Shown: in pieces, positions 21,701-30,539 of the stretch | How positions within the stretch are numbered: position 1 is the first letter of the stretch | Layout of the letters: every line of letters starts with the position of its first letter | Virus record (IMG/VR): IMGVR_UViG_3300042549_007806 | Source of the DNA: an uncultured virus (IMG/VR IMGVR_UViG_3300042549_007806) | Taxonomy: Duplodnaviria; Heunggongvirae; Uroviricota; Caudoviricetes | Strand: one strand, 5' to 3' | DNA: 63,005 bases | Notes under the pieces: generated by a model | The model's input: only the letters and a program-made list of their open reading frames with translations | Databases searched by the model: none | What the model was told of the DNA's origin: nothing | Program-made: the position numbers and the translations under genes

Positions 21701-23894
21701 TAGTGCCATTCGTACCACTTGAACCTGATGTACCGTTAGTTCCATTAGTTCCTGAAGATCCGCTAGTCCCGTCTGTACCGCTCGTTCCATCGGTACCGCT
21801 AGAACCTGATGTTCCGTCTGTCCCTGAAGAACCTGAAGTTCCGCTAGTTCCATCCGTACCTGAAGTTCCGCTAGTTCCATCCGTACCTGAAGATCCGCTA
21901 GACCCATCTGTTCCGCTAGTCCCTGAAGTTCCATCTGTACCATTAGTGCCTGATGTTCCGCTAGTCCCTGAAGTTCCATCTGTTCCGTTAGTTCCACTTG
22001 AACCATTTGTTCCATTCGTTCCGCTAGTACCATTCGTTCCGTTTGTACCTGATGTTCCGTTTGTACCATTAGTTCCCGAAGTTCCGTTTGTACCACTTGA
22101 ACCATTTGTTCCTGATGTACCGTTAGTTCCATTTGTGCCTGAGCTTCCGCTAGTACCATTTGTTCCACTAGAACCATCTGTACCATTTGTTCCCGAAGTT
22201 CCGTCTGTACCATCTACACCCGATAAACCACTAGTTCCGTTTGTACCTGACGATCCATCGGTACCGTTTGTTCCGCTAGTTCCGCTAGTTCCATTCGTAC
22301 CTGAAGACCCATTTGTACCGTTAGTTCCTGATGAACCATTAGTTCCATTTGTGCCCGATGATCCGTTAGTTCCATCAGTGCCGCTTGTACCATTGGTTCC
22401 GTTTGTTCCTGAAGTCCCATTAGTTCCATCATTACCACTCGTACCATCTGTACCACTAGACCCATCTGTTCCACTAGTACCATCAGTACCGTTTGTTCCG
22501 CTACTTCCGCTTGTTCCGTTTGTACCTGAAGTACCATCAGTACCGTTTGTTCCTGAAGATCCGTTAGATCCGTTAGTTCCGTTTGTACCTGAGGTACCGT
22601 CAGTACCACTAGTCCCATTAGTACCAGATGTACCGTTTGTACCGGAAGTACCATCAGATCCTGAAGTACCATTTGTTCCAGATGTTCCGTTAGTTCCATT
22701 AGTACCGCTAGTACCATTCGTTCCATTTGTTCCTGAAGACCCATTTGTGCCGTTAGTTCCTGATGATCCGTCTGTACCACTAGACCCATCAACACCACTT
22801 GTTCCATTTGTACCTGAAGACCCGTTAGTACCATTGGTACCACTACTTCCTGAAGTCCCATTTGTACCTGATGTACCATCGGACCCCGAAGACCCATTAG
22901 TCCCCGAAGTTCCACTCGTACCATTAACTCCCGAAATACCACTAGTACCATCAGTACCATTTGTTCCTGATGTCCCACTTGACCCGTTAGCAGTTATTCC
23001 TGTAATAGAAACAACTCCATTGTCAGTTCTAAATAATTCAATTGTACTTGACGCTGAATAGTATGTTCCTCCGGTCACATATATGTCTGTAAAACCAGTT
23101 AAAAACCCTGTTACATTGAATGTTCCTCCCGTATTATTTGTAAAAGTCGCAGTACCATTATTTGGGTCATAGGTACCACCTGTGACAACTATTTCAGGAG
23201 GTAAACCTAAATAAGTTGTTGCAGAAAAACTACCATTAACAGTCAAACCTGTAAAATCATTTACAGTTGTAGAGTAAGTCCCGCCTGTCACATCAAATAT
23301 CGTAAATGTATTATTACCATATGTAAAAGCAGAAATACCACTTCCTTGACCACCTGTTGTAAATTTTCTCCATGTCGAATTACTACCTCCACCATTATAA
23401 CCTTCAACAGTATTTCCTGTCCAAGCATTTATAAAAGCAATACCCGCGGCACTATTAGATTTTACAGTTGTACCAAATTCTGAAACAACTACAGTGGATC
23501 CACCAGGACCTGTTGCCCCTGTGGCATTATTCCATAATGTTTGGTAGTTTGGAATTTGAAATTGATATACTTCTTGTGTTTCTTGAACATAAGCCAACAT
23601 ACCTAATCTTCTTCTTCCTGAAGAGATGTTATCTGATCCAAGTGTTAATACATCAGGTGAAAATATAGACCCTGTTCCTTTTTGTAATTGAATAGGGATA
23701 GTATTACCTGATATTTCTATATATCCTGTTGAACCTGATGGTACGGTGAAAAATAAGTCACTTATATTGTATACCTCCATGTACCCACCAACTCCTAAAA
23801 TACTGAAGTTTGTTCCATAGGTACTTGTTCTAGATACTGAACTTGCACCTAGTACATTTATTGGGGTTATTGGGTTTTTATATAATCCAGACAT
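15798..23894 (-). CDS. Second giant collagen-like protein (2698 aa): G-T-[N/S/D] repeats with an internal C1q/BclA-like domain
   Basis: Unique ~300-aa N-terminus; two G-X-Y tracts separated by a beta-rich domain (SGIYEFSFSPQV) at ~18640-19110; unique C-terminus. Confidence 0.85.
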   Translation of the reverse strand: MSGLYKNPITPINVLGASSVSRTSTYGTNFSILGVGGYMEVYNISDLFFTVPSGSTGYIEISGNTIPIQLQKGTGSIFSPDVLTLGSDNISSGRRRLGMLAYVQETQEVYQFQIPNYQTLWNNATGATGPGGSTVVVSEFGTTVKSNSAAGIAFINAWTGNTVEGYNGGGSNSTWRKFTTGGQGSGISAFTYGNNTFTIFDVTGGTYSTTVNDFTGLTVNGSFSATTYLGLPPEIVVTGGTYDPNNGTATFTNNTGGTFNVTGFLTGFTDIYVTGGTYYSASSTIELFRTDNGVVSITGITANGSSGTSGTNGTDGTSGISGVNGTSGTSGTNGSSGSDGTSGTNGTSGSSGTNGTNGSSGTNGTSGVDGSSGTDGSSGTNGTNGSSGTNGTNGTSGTNGTNGTSGTNGTSGSDGTSGTNGTSGTNGTSGTDGTSGTNGTNGSNGSSGTNGTDGTSGTNGTSGSSGTNGTDGTSGTDGSSGTDGTSGNDGTNGTSGTNGTNGTSGTDGTNGSSGTNGTNGSSGTNGTNGSSGTNGTSGTSGTNGTDGSSGTNGTSGLSGVDGTDGTSGTNGTDGSSGTNGTSGSSGTNGTNGTSGTNGSSGTNGTSGTNGTNGTSGTNGTNGTSGTNGTNGSSGTNGTDGTSGTSGTSGTNGTDGTSGTSGTDGSSGSSGTDGTSGTSGTDGTSGTSGSSGTDGTSGSSGTDGTSGTDGTSGSSGTNGTNGTSGSSGTNGTSGSSGTSGTDGTNGSSGTDGTSGSSGTDGTSGTSGTDGTNGTSGSSGTDGTSGSSGTNGTDGTSGSSGTNGTDGTSGTDGTSGTDGTSGTDGTSGTDGTNGTSGSSGTDGTSGTSGSSGTDGTSGTSGSSGTSGSSGTSGSSGTDGTSGTSGSSGTDGTSGTSGSSGTDGTSGTSGSSGTSGSSGTDGTSGTSGSSGSSGTDGTSGTSGSSGTDGTSGTSGSSGTDGTSGTSGSSGTDGTSGTNGTSGTDGTSGSNGTNGTSGTNGTSGTNGTNGTSGTNGTSGTNGTSGTNGTNGTSGTNGTNGTSGTNGTSGTNGTSGTNGTNGTSGTNGTSGTNGTSGTNGTNGTSGTNGTNGTSGTNGTSGTNGTNGTSGTNGTSGTNGTSGTNGTNGTSGTNGTSGTNGTNGTNGTSGTNGTSGTNGTSGTNGTNGTSGTNGTNGTNGANGTSGTNGTDGTSGTDGTSGTNGTDGTDGTSGTNGTDGTSGTNGTDGTSGTNGTDGSSGTDGTSGTNGTDGTSGTNGTDGTSGTDGTSGTDGTSGTDGTSGTNGTNGTNGTDGTSGTDGSSGTNGTNGTSGTNGTNGTSGTNGTNGTSGTNGTDGTSGTDGTNGTSGTDGTSGTNGTDGTSGSDGTSGTNGTDGSSGTNGTSGTNGTDGTSGTNGTDGSSGTNGTSGTNGTDGTSGTNGTSGTNGTNGTSGTNGTSGTNGTNGTSGTNGTSGTNGTNGTSGTNGTNGTSGTNGTSGTNGTNGSSGTNGTSGTNGTNGTSGTNGSSGTNGTSGTNGTNGTSGTNGTSGTSGTNGTSGTNGTSGTNGTNGTNGTSGTNGTNGTSGTNGTSGTNGTNGTSGTNGTNGTSGTNGTSGSSGAGVANYYAQYSSSLTQQVSGANTPTVVTYNTVEIENGISVVSGSRVTVQYSGIYEFSFSPQVEKNQGGAAVDVDFFVRKNGTNIIRTDSILGLVSNSVKQLPFVSIVADLQQNDYLELVFASTSEDVQLTAEAAQTSPYIAPAAPSIIVTIKNIGVAAVAYTSTSGTNGTNGSSGTSGTNGTNGTSGTNGTSGTNGTSGTNGTNGTSGTNGTSGTNGTNGTSGTNGTNGTSGTNGTNGTNGTSGTNGTSGTNGTSGTNGTSGTNGTNGTNGTSGTNGTNGTSGTNGTNGTSGTNGTSGTNGTNGTSGTNGTNGTSGTNGTSGTNGTSGTNGTNGTSGTNGTSGTNGTNGTSGTNGTSGTNGTSGTNGTNGTSGTNGTNGTSGTNGTSGTNGTNGTSGTNGTNGTSGTNGTNGTSGTNGTNGTSGTNGTSGTNGTSGTNGTNGTSGTNGTNGTSGTNGTSGTNGTSGTNGTNGTSGTNGTSGTNGTSGTNGTNGTSGTNGTSGTNGTSGTNGTNGTSGTNGTSGTNGTNGTSGTNGTNGTSGTNGTSGTNGTNGTSGTNGTSGTNGTSGTNGTSGTNGTNGTSGTNGTNGTSGTNGTSGTNGTSGTNGTNGTSGTNGTNGSSGTNGTSGTNGTNGTSGTNGTSGTNGSSGTNGTNGTSGTNGTNGTSGTNGTNGTSGTNGTSGTNGTNGTSGTNGTSGTNGTNGTSGTNGTSGTNGTNGTSGTNGTSGTNGTSGTNGTNGTSGTNGTSGTNGTNGTSGTNGTNGTSGTNGTSGTNGTSGTNGTNGTSGTNGTSGTNGTNGTSGTNGTNGTNGTSGTNGTSGTNGTNGTSGTNGTNGTNGTSGTNGTSGTNGTNGTSGTNGTNGTSGTNGTSGTNGTNGTSGTNGTSGTNGTSGTNGTSGTNGTNGTSGTNGTSGTNGTNGTSGTNGTSGTNGTSGTNGTSGTNGTSGTNGTSGTNGTNGTSGTTPIVPGADNEVLTSDGSGNIVAESGFTYNGSDGTLTLNSTHSLVNTTSLTNISSGQVVESYGTDIGCGAIFEYCVTENGGAKRIGQVYAVWNNTNGDGTDVSSPDLGGSTANFVWKVQVSGGSVELACAIGGGTWTILVSTRIIF
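16240..22990 (-). repeat. [12 protein letters not shown] triplet repeat tracts (~16240-18630 and ~19130-22990)
   Basis: 9-bp periodicity seen directly. Confidence 0.95.
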
Positions 23895-23912
23895 TAATTG
23901 TAAACATTAAAA

Positions 23913-25076
23913 TTATGGTTGGGTGTCGTTCCCTCTAAAATAAATATTTGTTGAATCAAGTATTTTGAATATTTGGTAAGGGAATGTGGTATATACTTTA
24001 TACGTATCTGCAGGAATTGTCGAACCAGTATACACCAAGTCATATTGGTAAATCGTTGGTTCAGTATTAACTCCTGTAAATAAATTAGCATCACCCGTAG
24101 TGTTTATGTCAATTTTAACTTGGTATTCGTCGTTAGTTGCACTAAATGGTATCAACCATGTATACCAAGCCTGTCCGTTCACTGTCCCGGCAGGTACTTC
24201 TGTTGTTAAGAAGTTGTAAGCGTATATAGGGTTACCAAAACTATCCAAACCTCCACTTACTTGTGGTACAGTTTGAGTAATTATTGATGGGAATTGAGAG
24301 TTAGTCCACCCTGCGTAATCAACATATAAGTTCATATCGATATCGAATTGAGCTTGATTTTGTGTTGGTTGCGAAGAGTTAGAGAATCCAAAGAAGTTAG
24401 ATCCGCTGTTATACATCCATGTACCAATGTCTTCTGATCCATCTATAGGTTCTATGAATAAGTATGCAAATGTATTCAAGAACGGAGTAGGTGTTGGAGT
24501 AGGTGTTGCAGTTGGTGTTGGTGTAGGTGTTTCTGTTGGTGTTGCAGTCGGCGTTGTTGTCGGTGTTGGGGTTACGGTTGGTGTCGGTGTTATAGTTGGT
24601 GTTGGTGTTGCAGTTGGTGTTGATGTCGGAGTTGCGGTTGGCGTTGCAGTCGGTGTTGGTGACATTGTTGGTGTCGGAGTTGGTGTAGGAGTTGGATCCA
24701 ATGTAACAGGTGGAGGTGCCGGAAAACAACAAAAATCACTATCCACAATTGATTCCAAAATAGATATAAATAAAACATCTCTTAAAGGTAGAATTACAGT
24801 TCCTTGAGTTGTTTGGATACTAAATTCTCCTTTAAACCTACCTATTTTACTTGTATTTTTTTCTGTGAATTGATAATATATAGAATTTCTTTCAGATGAG
24901 TAAGAACACAAAGCATTTGCAATACGATATACACCTGTGTCAACATCTATCATGGAAAAATAGATGGTACTCCCCGTTAAGTTATTATAAGGGTAGTTAT
25001 AATCTAATTTTCCGTCTTTGATGAGGTCTATTTCAAGGTATGGTAGAGTGCTCTTTTTGCGAATAAAAAATTCCAT
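23913..25076 (-). CDS. Putative virion protein with a BppU-like N-terminal domain and long Pro-Thr linker
   Basis: [16 protein letters not shown]...[18 protein letters not shown] resembles baseplate/fibre attachment domains; (PT)n tract. Confidence 0.55.
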   Translation of the reverse strand: MEFFIRKKSTLPYLEIDLIKDGKLDYNYPYNNLTGSTIYFSMIDVDTGVYRIANALCSYSSERNSIYYQFTEKNTSKIGRFKGEFSIQTTQGTVILPLRDVLFISILESIVDSDFCCFPAPPPVTLDPTPTPTPTPTMSPTPTATPTATPTSTPTATPTPTITPTPTVTPTPTTTPTATPTETPTPTPTATPTPTPTPFLNTFAYLFIEPIDGSEDIGTWMYNSGSNFFGFSNSSQPTQNQAQFDIDMNLYVDYAGWTNSQFPSIITQTVPQVSGGLDSFGNPIYAYNFLTTEVPAGTVNGQAWYTWLIPFSATNDEYQVKIDINTTGDANLFTGVNTEPTIYQYDLVYTGSTIPADTYKVYTTFPYQIFKILDSTNIYFRGNDTQP

Positions 25077-25091
25077 ACAGATAAATACCTC

Positions 25092-25127
25092 AAAAAAGAA
25101 AAGGTGTTCTCTACGAACACCTTTCTT
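25092..25127 (-). terminator. Intrinsic terminator
   Basis: AAGGTGTTC-N5-GAACACCTT hairpin followed by a T-rich run on the minus strand. Confidence 0.6.
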
Positions 25128-25227
25128 AGATTTAGAACACCCCCCTTTTCTTTAAAGGTTTATGAAAACTCAAACTACTTGTGTTTTCAGATTTTGTTGG
25201 ATATACCGCCAACAACTTCGGTATGTC

Positions 25228-26928
25228 TTATAGTCTTGTCATAATTTCGTGAAATTCTTCATTAACTATAGTTTTATTATAACCAAAATCGATCAATTTA
25301 CTCTTTTCTTCAATAAGTGATTTTTTGATTGTTTTTGAGTGACTATTTTCAACAATAAAACTCAAACGATTGCGAATGATTTTTGATTCATTCGATGAAT
25401 CTTGTTTTCTTTGTTTGTGCTCTAACACAACTTTAGAAATGGTTTTAGAAAGTTCCATAACTTTTTTATTATAAATATCTTCTTTATTGTAATGTTCAGG
25501 TAAAATTAATTGGAAATCTAAAAATTGTCCTACAGGATTTCTCATTAGTAGTATGTTTTTTTCGCCGATTTTCCTTCTAAAACCTTTCACATCCTTATAT
25601 TTGTTCCAACAAAATTGTAATTGATTTTTAACAGATTTTAATTGTTCATTATTTTTTAGATCTGAAAAATTTATTTCTTTTTCAGTATCTAATAAACTAA
25701 GGTTTGTTGGGAATTTACCAGTTTGGTGCATCACTTTCAAATCTTCGCCATATTCTGAAAGTTTTTGAAGGCAATCTTCTTCTAAAGTTTTTGGTGTGGA
25801 TTTATCTTTATACCCTCCTCTATTATCGGATGGTACAAACATATTACGATACCAATCAGTATTGAATGATTTTTTAGAAAGATCAGATTTATTAAATTCT
25901 ACAGTTTCAGTTTCTGACTTTTTGAGTTGCTTATTAGGTGATAAAATCAAATTAACTATTTCGTTATCTTCATCAATATCTAATTCATCTATTTTTAAAA
26001 AAAAGTAACGACTATCACCATGAGATAGAGTTGCCGTTAAAACATAAACACCATAATTTATATCCTCAATTAAAAAATCACCATTTTTGTCACTTTTACC
26101 TATTTTAACATCGTCTTTATTATCTTTTCTAACTAATTTCACACTTACATTTGGTAGTGTTCCTTCAAATGTTCTCGAAAGGTTATTTGACTTCCTATCC
26201 TCGGGTTTTTCTTTATAAACAATTGTGGATTTGAAATTTGTTACTCCTTTTAAATTTGCGGACTTTCTTACATTAAAAGTCAAACTATCGTTTTTTACAG
26301 GATTTACACTTATTTCAGAATCAAAAATATTTTTAATTACGGTTCCATCAGATAGGGTAACACCTATTACAATATCATTTTGTTTAAATGTTCCTTTTAT
26401 TTCTTTACCTGTAGATAGTGATTTATATGTCCCGACGCCATCAATCATTCCGTTTTTGAACTCGCCCTTATAGGTGTCTTTACTGTCTAAAAATATGATC
26501 GTACCTTTACCACCTATTTTACCATCTATAAATTCACCAGCGTATTTCCAATTATTAGTAAAAAAATTATAATCTTTTGAATCCGTTAAAGTTCCATACT
26601 GAAATTTATTTGCTTTTGAGTTGTCTCCTTTAAATGGTCTTGGCGTCGATAGTGGTGTAGAGTCACTGTAATATTCTCCATTGAAGGTTCCTCTGTCCCC
26701 AGTTTCCGATTCCATTGTACGAATCAATTTATAACTATCGAAACAAGCCTTTACCTTAATATTTTTACCATCAATTACACCATCAAATTCTGCATAACCA
26801 AATTCGGGAGGTGTTGATAGTGGACCTAAAGAATATAAATTTACAAAAGGACTTGGGTCTCCACATCCTTTCCATTTGGATCTGTTCTGATCTAATGTTC
26901 TTTTAATTATGACGGTTTCAAAATCCAT
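25228..26928 (-). CDS. MORN-repeat protein with a carboxypeptidase-regulatory-like beta domain
   Basis: KYAGEFIDGKIGGKG and TYKGEFKNGMIDGVG; SDKNGDFLIEDINYGVYVLTA. Confidence 0.6.
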   Translation of the reverse strand: MDFETVIIKRTLDQNRSKWKGCGDPSPFVNLYSLGPLSTPPEFGYAEFDGVIDGKNIKVKACFDSYKLIRTMESETGDRGTFNGEYYSDSTPLSTPRPFKGDNSKANKFQYGTLTDSKDYNFFTNNWKYAGEFIDGKIGGKGTIIFLDSKDTYKGEFKNGMIDGVGTYKSLSTGKEIKGTFKQNDIVIGVTLSDGTVIKNIFDSEISVNPVKNDSLTFNVRKSANLKGVTNFKSTIVYKEKPEDRKSNNLSRTFEGTLPNVSVKLVRKDNKDDVKIGKSDKNGDFLIEDINYGVYVLTATLSHGDSRYFFLKIDELDIDEDNEIVNLILSPNKQLKKSETETVEFNKSDLSKKSFNTDWYRNMFVPSDNRGGYKDKSTPKTLEEDCLQKLSEYGEDLKVMHQTGKFPTNLSLLDTEKEINFSDLKNNEQLKSVKNQLQFCWNKYKDVKGFRRKIGEKNILLMRNPVGQFLDFQLILPEHYNKEDIYNKKVMELSKTISKVVLEHKQRKQDSSNESKIIRNRLSFIVENSHSKTIKKSLIEEKSKLIDFGYNKTIVNEEFHEIMTRL

Positions 26929-26951
26929 ATCAACTAATAAATACTTTGAAA

Positions 26952-27821
26952 TTAAAACTTGTAACGAATTCCGAACTTACCGTCAAATTTTCTGTCACAC
27001 TCAGATAGAATATGGTCTACTACTTTTTGGTGGTCCTCTTGTATACTATTGTCATTTTTAACCAAGTATAATGATCGACAAAAACCTCTATTAACTCTAA
27101 TTTTTGGGGAATTAGATTTCAATTCATCAAAAAATAAAGAGGTTGGTTTCAGTTTGTAAATTTTGATTTTGTCATTGAAAGCTGAGTTTATTTCACTTTC
27201 AGTATAAAAGTCTTTAAAGAACTGAAATGGGGGTATTGTAGTCCACCCATTTTCCATTTTTTCTTTTACCTTACCTTTGATTTTAATCGGTAACCTATTA
27301 ACACCATTAAGTTCATTCACTTTTAGTGTTTCTATTGCTTTTTGTTCTTTTTTTTTTAAACCGTCTTCAGGTTTTTCTCTTGGTTCATCTTCCTCTTTTG
27401 ACTTTCTCTCGATTTTTTTTAAATCCATATTTGAAAGTTCTTTTTTGTTAAATGATCCTTTTACTAAAAACCAGTTACCGTCGGCAGGTCTTGAAACAGA
27501 CCAAATTTCCATTTCTCCTCTTGATTCTCTTAAAGATTGTAAAACCTTAACTAAACCAACAAGTTCGACAGATTCGGTCAAATGTGCTAAATCCTTTGTA
27601 AACATAATTTTAACAACATCTTCATGCGTGTCAACCACTGCTCTTACAAATGAGTCGTCCTCATCATATTTTTTTCTGTAATGGTTTATTCTATCCATCA
27701 CATCTTCCATGTTAATTTTCACATCTTTGTATTCACCTTTTTCTTCATCATACGATTTAAATTTGAAAGTGTCCTTCCAGTGTTTAAAATTATCTTCGTC
27801 GAATCTTTTTCCTGTTTCCAT
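26952..27821 (-). CDS. Hypothetical protein
   Basis: 289-aa ORF, tightly packed. Confidence 0.7.
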   Translation of the reverse strand: METGKRFDEDNFKHWKDTFKFKSYDEEKGEYKDVKINMEDVMDRINHYRKKYDEDDSFVRAVVDTHEDVVKIMFTKDLAHLTESVELVGLVKVLQSLRESRGEMEIWSVSRPADGNWFLVKGSFNKKELSNMDLKKIERKSKEEDEPREKPEDGLKKKEQKAIETLKVNELNGVNRLPIKIKGKVKEKMENGWTTIPPFQFFKDFYTESEINSAFNDKIKIYKLKPTSLFFDELKSNSPKIRVNRGFCRSLYLVKNDNSIQEDHQKVVDHILSECDRKFDGKFGIRYKF

Positions 27822-27825
27822 GTTA

Positions 27826-30498
27826 TTATTTTTTGTAATATGTATCTATAAAGTCTTTTATTGTGTTGTAAGTTCTTTCCGTATTCAAGTCTAAATTATT
27901 AAATTCAGGAGTAACCCACATAATTTCTTGTCCTTTAGGGAAACTATTATAAACACTTTCTGGTAATGAGTAGATATCTCTTTTTTGTAGAACTACTAAG
28001 TATTGTACATTATCACCATTTAAGACTATAGACCCTAAATCCACCCCTCGTGGGATTGATACTGATGTTATATCAATATTTGACACACCAAATATTGTGT
28101 TCATTTTTGTCAACAATTCACCCGCATTACCAGCGGCAACCATTTCTTTTTGTTTTTGTTTTACCATATTTAAGTAATCCTTGGGTAACTTTGGAACATA
28201 TTTCATATTGTTTTTTACAAATTCTCCTTGTTCTTTATCGATAATTCCCTCTTTTACTAAGTCGTCTACTCGATTTTTAAAAATCGGTAGAGCAATTTGT
28301 TGAGTCTTAATTATTTGATCATAACCAACTTCTTCAACTCTCTCCTCCAAACGATTGTTAGTCTTTTCAATTATCTTATCATTTTTCTTAATTATTTCTT
28401 GATTAGATTTCTCTCCTACTGCCGCTTTAGTTGCATCCACAATATTGTCATACTCACCAGGGTTGTCTTTATAATAACTAAGCCTGTTATAAAGTTGAAT
28501 TATCGTGTTGTCCGCAAATCCTGGAACTGCGATTTGTAGTACGTCGGTCCATTCATTACCTCCAGGTATTTTACCCATATATTGCTCAAACCCAAATTCT
28601 ACAATTGACTTACCTGATATAAAATCGATATATTCGGGTAACCAGTAAGCCTCAAATAAATTTTTATCCTTGGTGTCCATCCCAACTACATTTCTCGCCT
28701 TTTGGAATGCGTCAAAAATAGCAGAGAGTAATCCGGCAACAAACGGAACTAAAATATATCTTAAACCAATAGTTTTTAATGTGTTGTAATAAATCGTCCT
28801 TCCTCTATATCCCTTTGTTGCCAATAATCTCTCAACCTCTCTAGGTGTCTTCCAAGATCCTGTCGTAAACCATGACAGTACTTTACTGTTCATAATAAAC
28901 TCACCCATTTTGTCCTTAATAACTGTGGTAACTTCATTATTTTTTACGGTTTTGGACATGTCTTCGAATTTTTTACTAGTTTCTTCTGACATTTTTTTAA
29001 AGTCCATACCACCCTCATCGACAGATGCTTTATTAAAAAGGTCTCTAATAGATGCTGATCTAAAACCCGGAGGTTGTTCATCAACCACTTTACAAAAACT
29101 TTGGAATGACTCTATATCTTGTTGGGTTGTAAGTTTCTTAACCGCGTTTTCTTTGAAAGCCTTCCACAAATCTTCTACAAAAAGTTCTCGACTATATTTT
29201 GCCGGATCCAAAATAATTTCAGATCGTAGTTTTAGTAATCTATCTTTTATTTTAAAAAGATAATATGGATCTAACTTTGTTGGGTTTTCACTAACATTTC
29301 TATATGCTGCCAATCCCTCTCCGAACGCCTTTTCAAATTCTTTAGCATATGTTTCAAATTTAGGTTTCAAGGTACTATTGATTACTGCATCAACTAATAC
29401 TTCAAAATTTGCAACCCACCATCTAAATAATGGTCTAAAATATTTAACATACCATGAATCAAAATTTACATTTTTCGCACTCAAAATTTTAAATGTGTTT
29501 CCTAATTCTTCCAATCTTTCTGATCTAATTACAAATTCAAGGGAGTCATCAAGATTTACATCAATCCCCTTTTTGAAATCATCAACATCTTTTATAAATT
29601 GTTTTTGTTGGTCGTTTAATTCATCCTGATTTTTTTGTAATAATTCTTCGTATTTGCTTAAAAACTTTGCATCAACTCCTTGTCCACCAATGCTTTTAAT
29701 AACCTCATCAGCGTTTAAACCTAAAGGGGCGTCCCCATATTTTACAGTTTTTGTTCTTTTTGGATAGTTGAATACTTGTTTGTTTTCAACCATATCATCT
29801 AGTAACTGTTTTGTTTTTGAAAAATTTCTTAAGAATTCTGATGTTTGTTGAAAAAGCAAGTTTGGATCCACTATCGACGGGTCAATTTTTCCCGTTTTTA
29901 CATTGTGTTTAATTATGTAATTAATGTTATCGTCGATCAAATCAAATACTTCGTCAACATTATTTAACTTTTGTCCTGATGTGGATATTCCATATATCGC
30001 CTCGTAAAAAGTTTCATCTAATAGCGTATATAAACGATTCATTGGATGGTTTCTGTTACGAAGTAATGCTTTTACGGCATCTTCTGATATTTTCTTTATT
30101 TGATCGGGATTAAGTTTAATTTTGGAAAGTCCCGCCAATGATGTATTCGGAACGGCATCGTCAGGGAATTTATTTGCCAAATCAGATAAAAAATCATCTG
30201 TAGTAGAAAGTATTTTTCTCACTTCGATGTCATTTCTTAAAACTTTCATCAGATTTTCAATTTCATCATCAGTAAGACCACCAGCTTCAATTAGTTTGAG
30301 TTGTATTTCATCTAATTCCGAATCAGTTATTTTAACGCCCTTTTGTCTTACAGACTTTAATATTGTCATAAAACTATCAAACGATCTAGGTGCTTTGATT
30401 GCTAAAGTTTTTAACCAAGTTCCTTGTTCAACAATTAGTTTTTGAACACCCATGAGTTCCTGTATTCTCGATATTTCAGATATGAGTTCTTTTTTCAT
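27826..30498 (-). CDS. Large helical protein with conserved N-terminal leader and a hydrophobic segment
   Basis: 890 aa; MKKELISEISRIQELMGVQKLIVEQ; ILVPFVAGLLSAIF. Confidence 0.75.
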   Translation of the reverse strand: MKKELISEISRIQELMGVQKLIVEQGTWLKTLAIKAPRSFDSFMTILKSVRQKGVKITDSELDEIQLKLIEAGGLTDDEIENLMKVLRNDIEVRKILSTTDDFLSDLANKFPDDAVPNTSLAGLSKIKLNPDQIKKISEDAVKALLRNRNHPMNRLYTLLDETFYEAIYGISTSGQKLNNVDEVFDLIDDNINYIIKHNVKTGKIDPSIVDPNLLFQQTSEFLRNFSKTKQLLDDMVENKQVFNYPKRTKTVKYGDAPLGLNADEVIKSIGGQGVDAKFLSKYEELLQKNQDELNDQQKQFIKDVDDFKKGIDVNLDDSLEFVIRSERLEELGNTFKILSAKNVNFDSWYVKYFRPLFRWWVANFEVLVDAVINSTLKPKFETYAKEFEKAFGEGLAAYRNVSENPTKLDPYYLFKIKDRLLKLRSEIILDPAKYSRELFVEDLWKAFKENAVKKLTTQQDIESFQSFCKVVDEQPPGFRSASIRDLFNKASVDEGGMDFKKMSEETSKKFEDMSKTVKNNEVTTVIKDKMGEFIMNSKVLSWFTTGSWKTPREVERLLATKGYRGRTIYYNTLKTIGLRYILVPFVAGLLSAIFDAFQKARNVVGMDTKDKNLFEAYWLPEYIDFISGKSIVEFGFEQYMGKIPGGNEWTDVLQIAVPGFADNTIIQLYNRLSYYKDNPGEYDNIVDATKAAVGEKSNQEIIKKNDKIIEKTNNRLEERVEEVGYDQIIKTQQIALPIFKNRVDDLVKEGIIDKEQGEFVKNNMKYVPKLPKDYLNMVKQKQKEMVAAGNAGELLTKMNTIFGVSNIDITSVSIPRGVDLGSIVLNGDNVQYLVVLQKRDIYSLPESVYNSFPKGQEIMWVTPEFNNLDLNTERTYNTIKDFIDTYYKK

Positions 30499-30539
30499 TT
30501 TATATAAATATACCCTAATTATTTAAATAATATAGTTTA

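Noticed and set aside
7438..22978. Long alternative-frame minus-strand ORFs ([12 protein letters not shown])
   Set aside because: Frame-shifted readings of the same repeat that lack stops because of codon composition
8115..23061. Very long plus-strand VP-repeat ORFs (341, 2041, 810 and 1263 aa)
   Set aside because: Antisense shadows of the G-T-N/S repeat; they have no unique domains and track the repeat boundaries
6803..23894. CRISPR array or ice-nucleation protein call for the periodic region
   Set aside because: The period is 9 bp and coding, with no repeat-spacer structure; it lacks the AGYGST-type InaZ repeat
24409..24807. Overlapping ORFs in the Pro-Thr tract
   Set aside because: Alternate-frame and antisense artefacts of (PT)n codons
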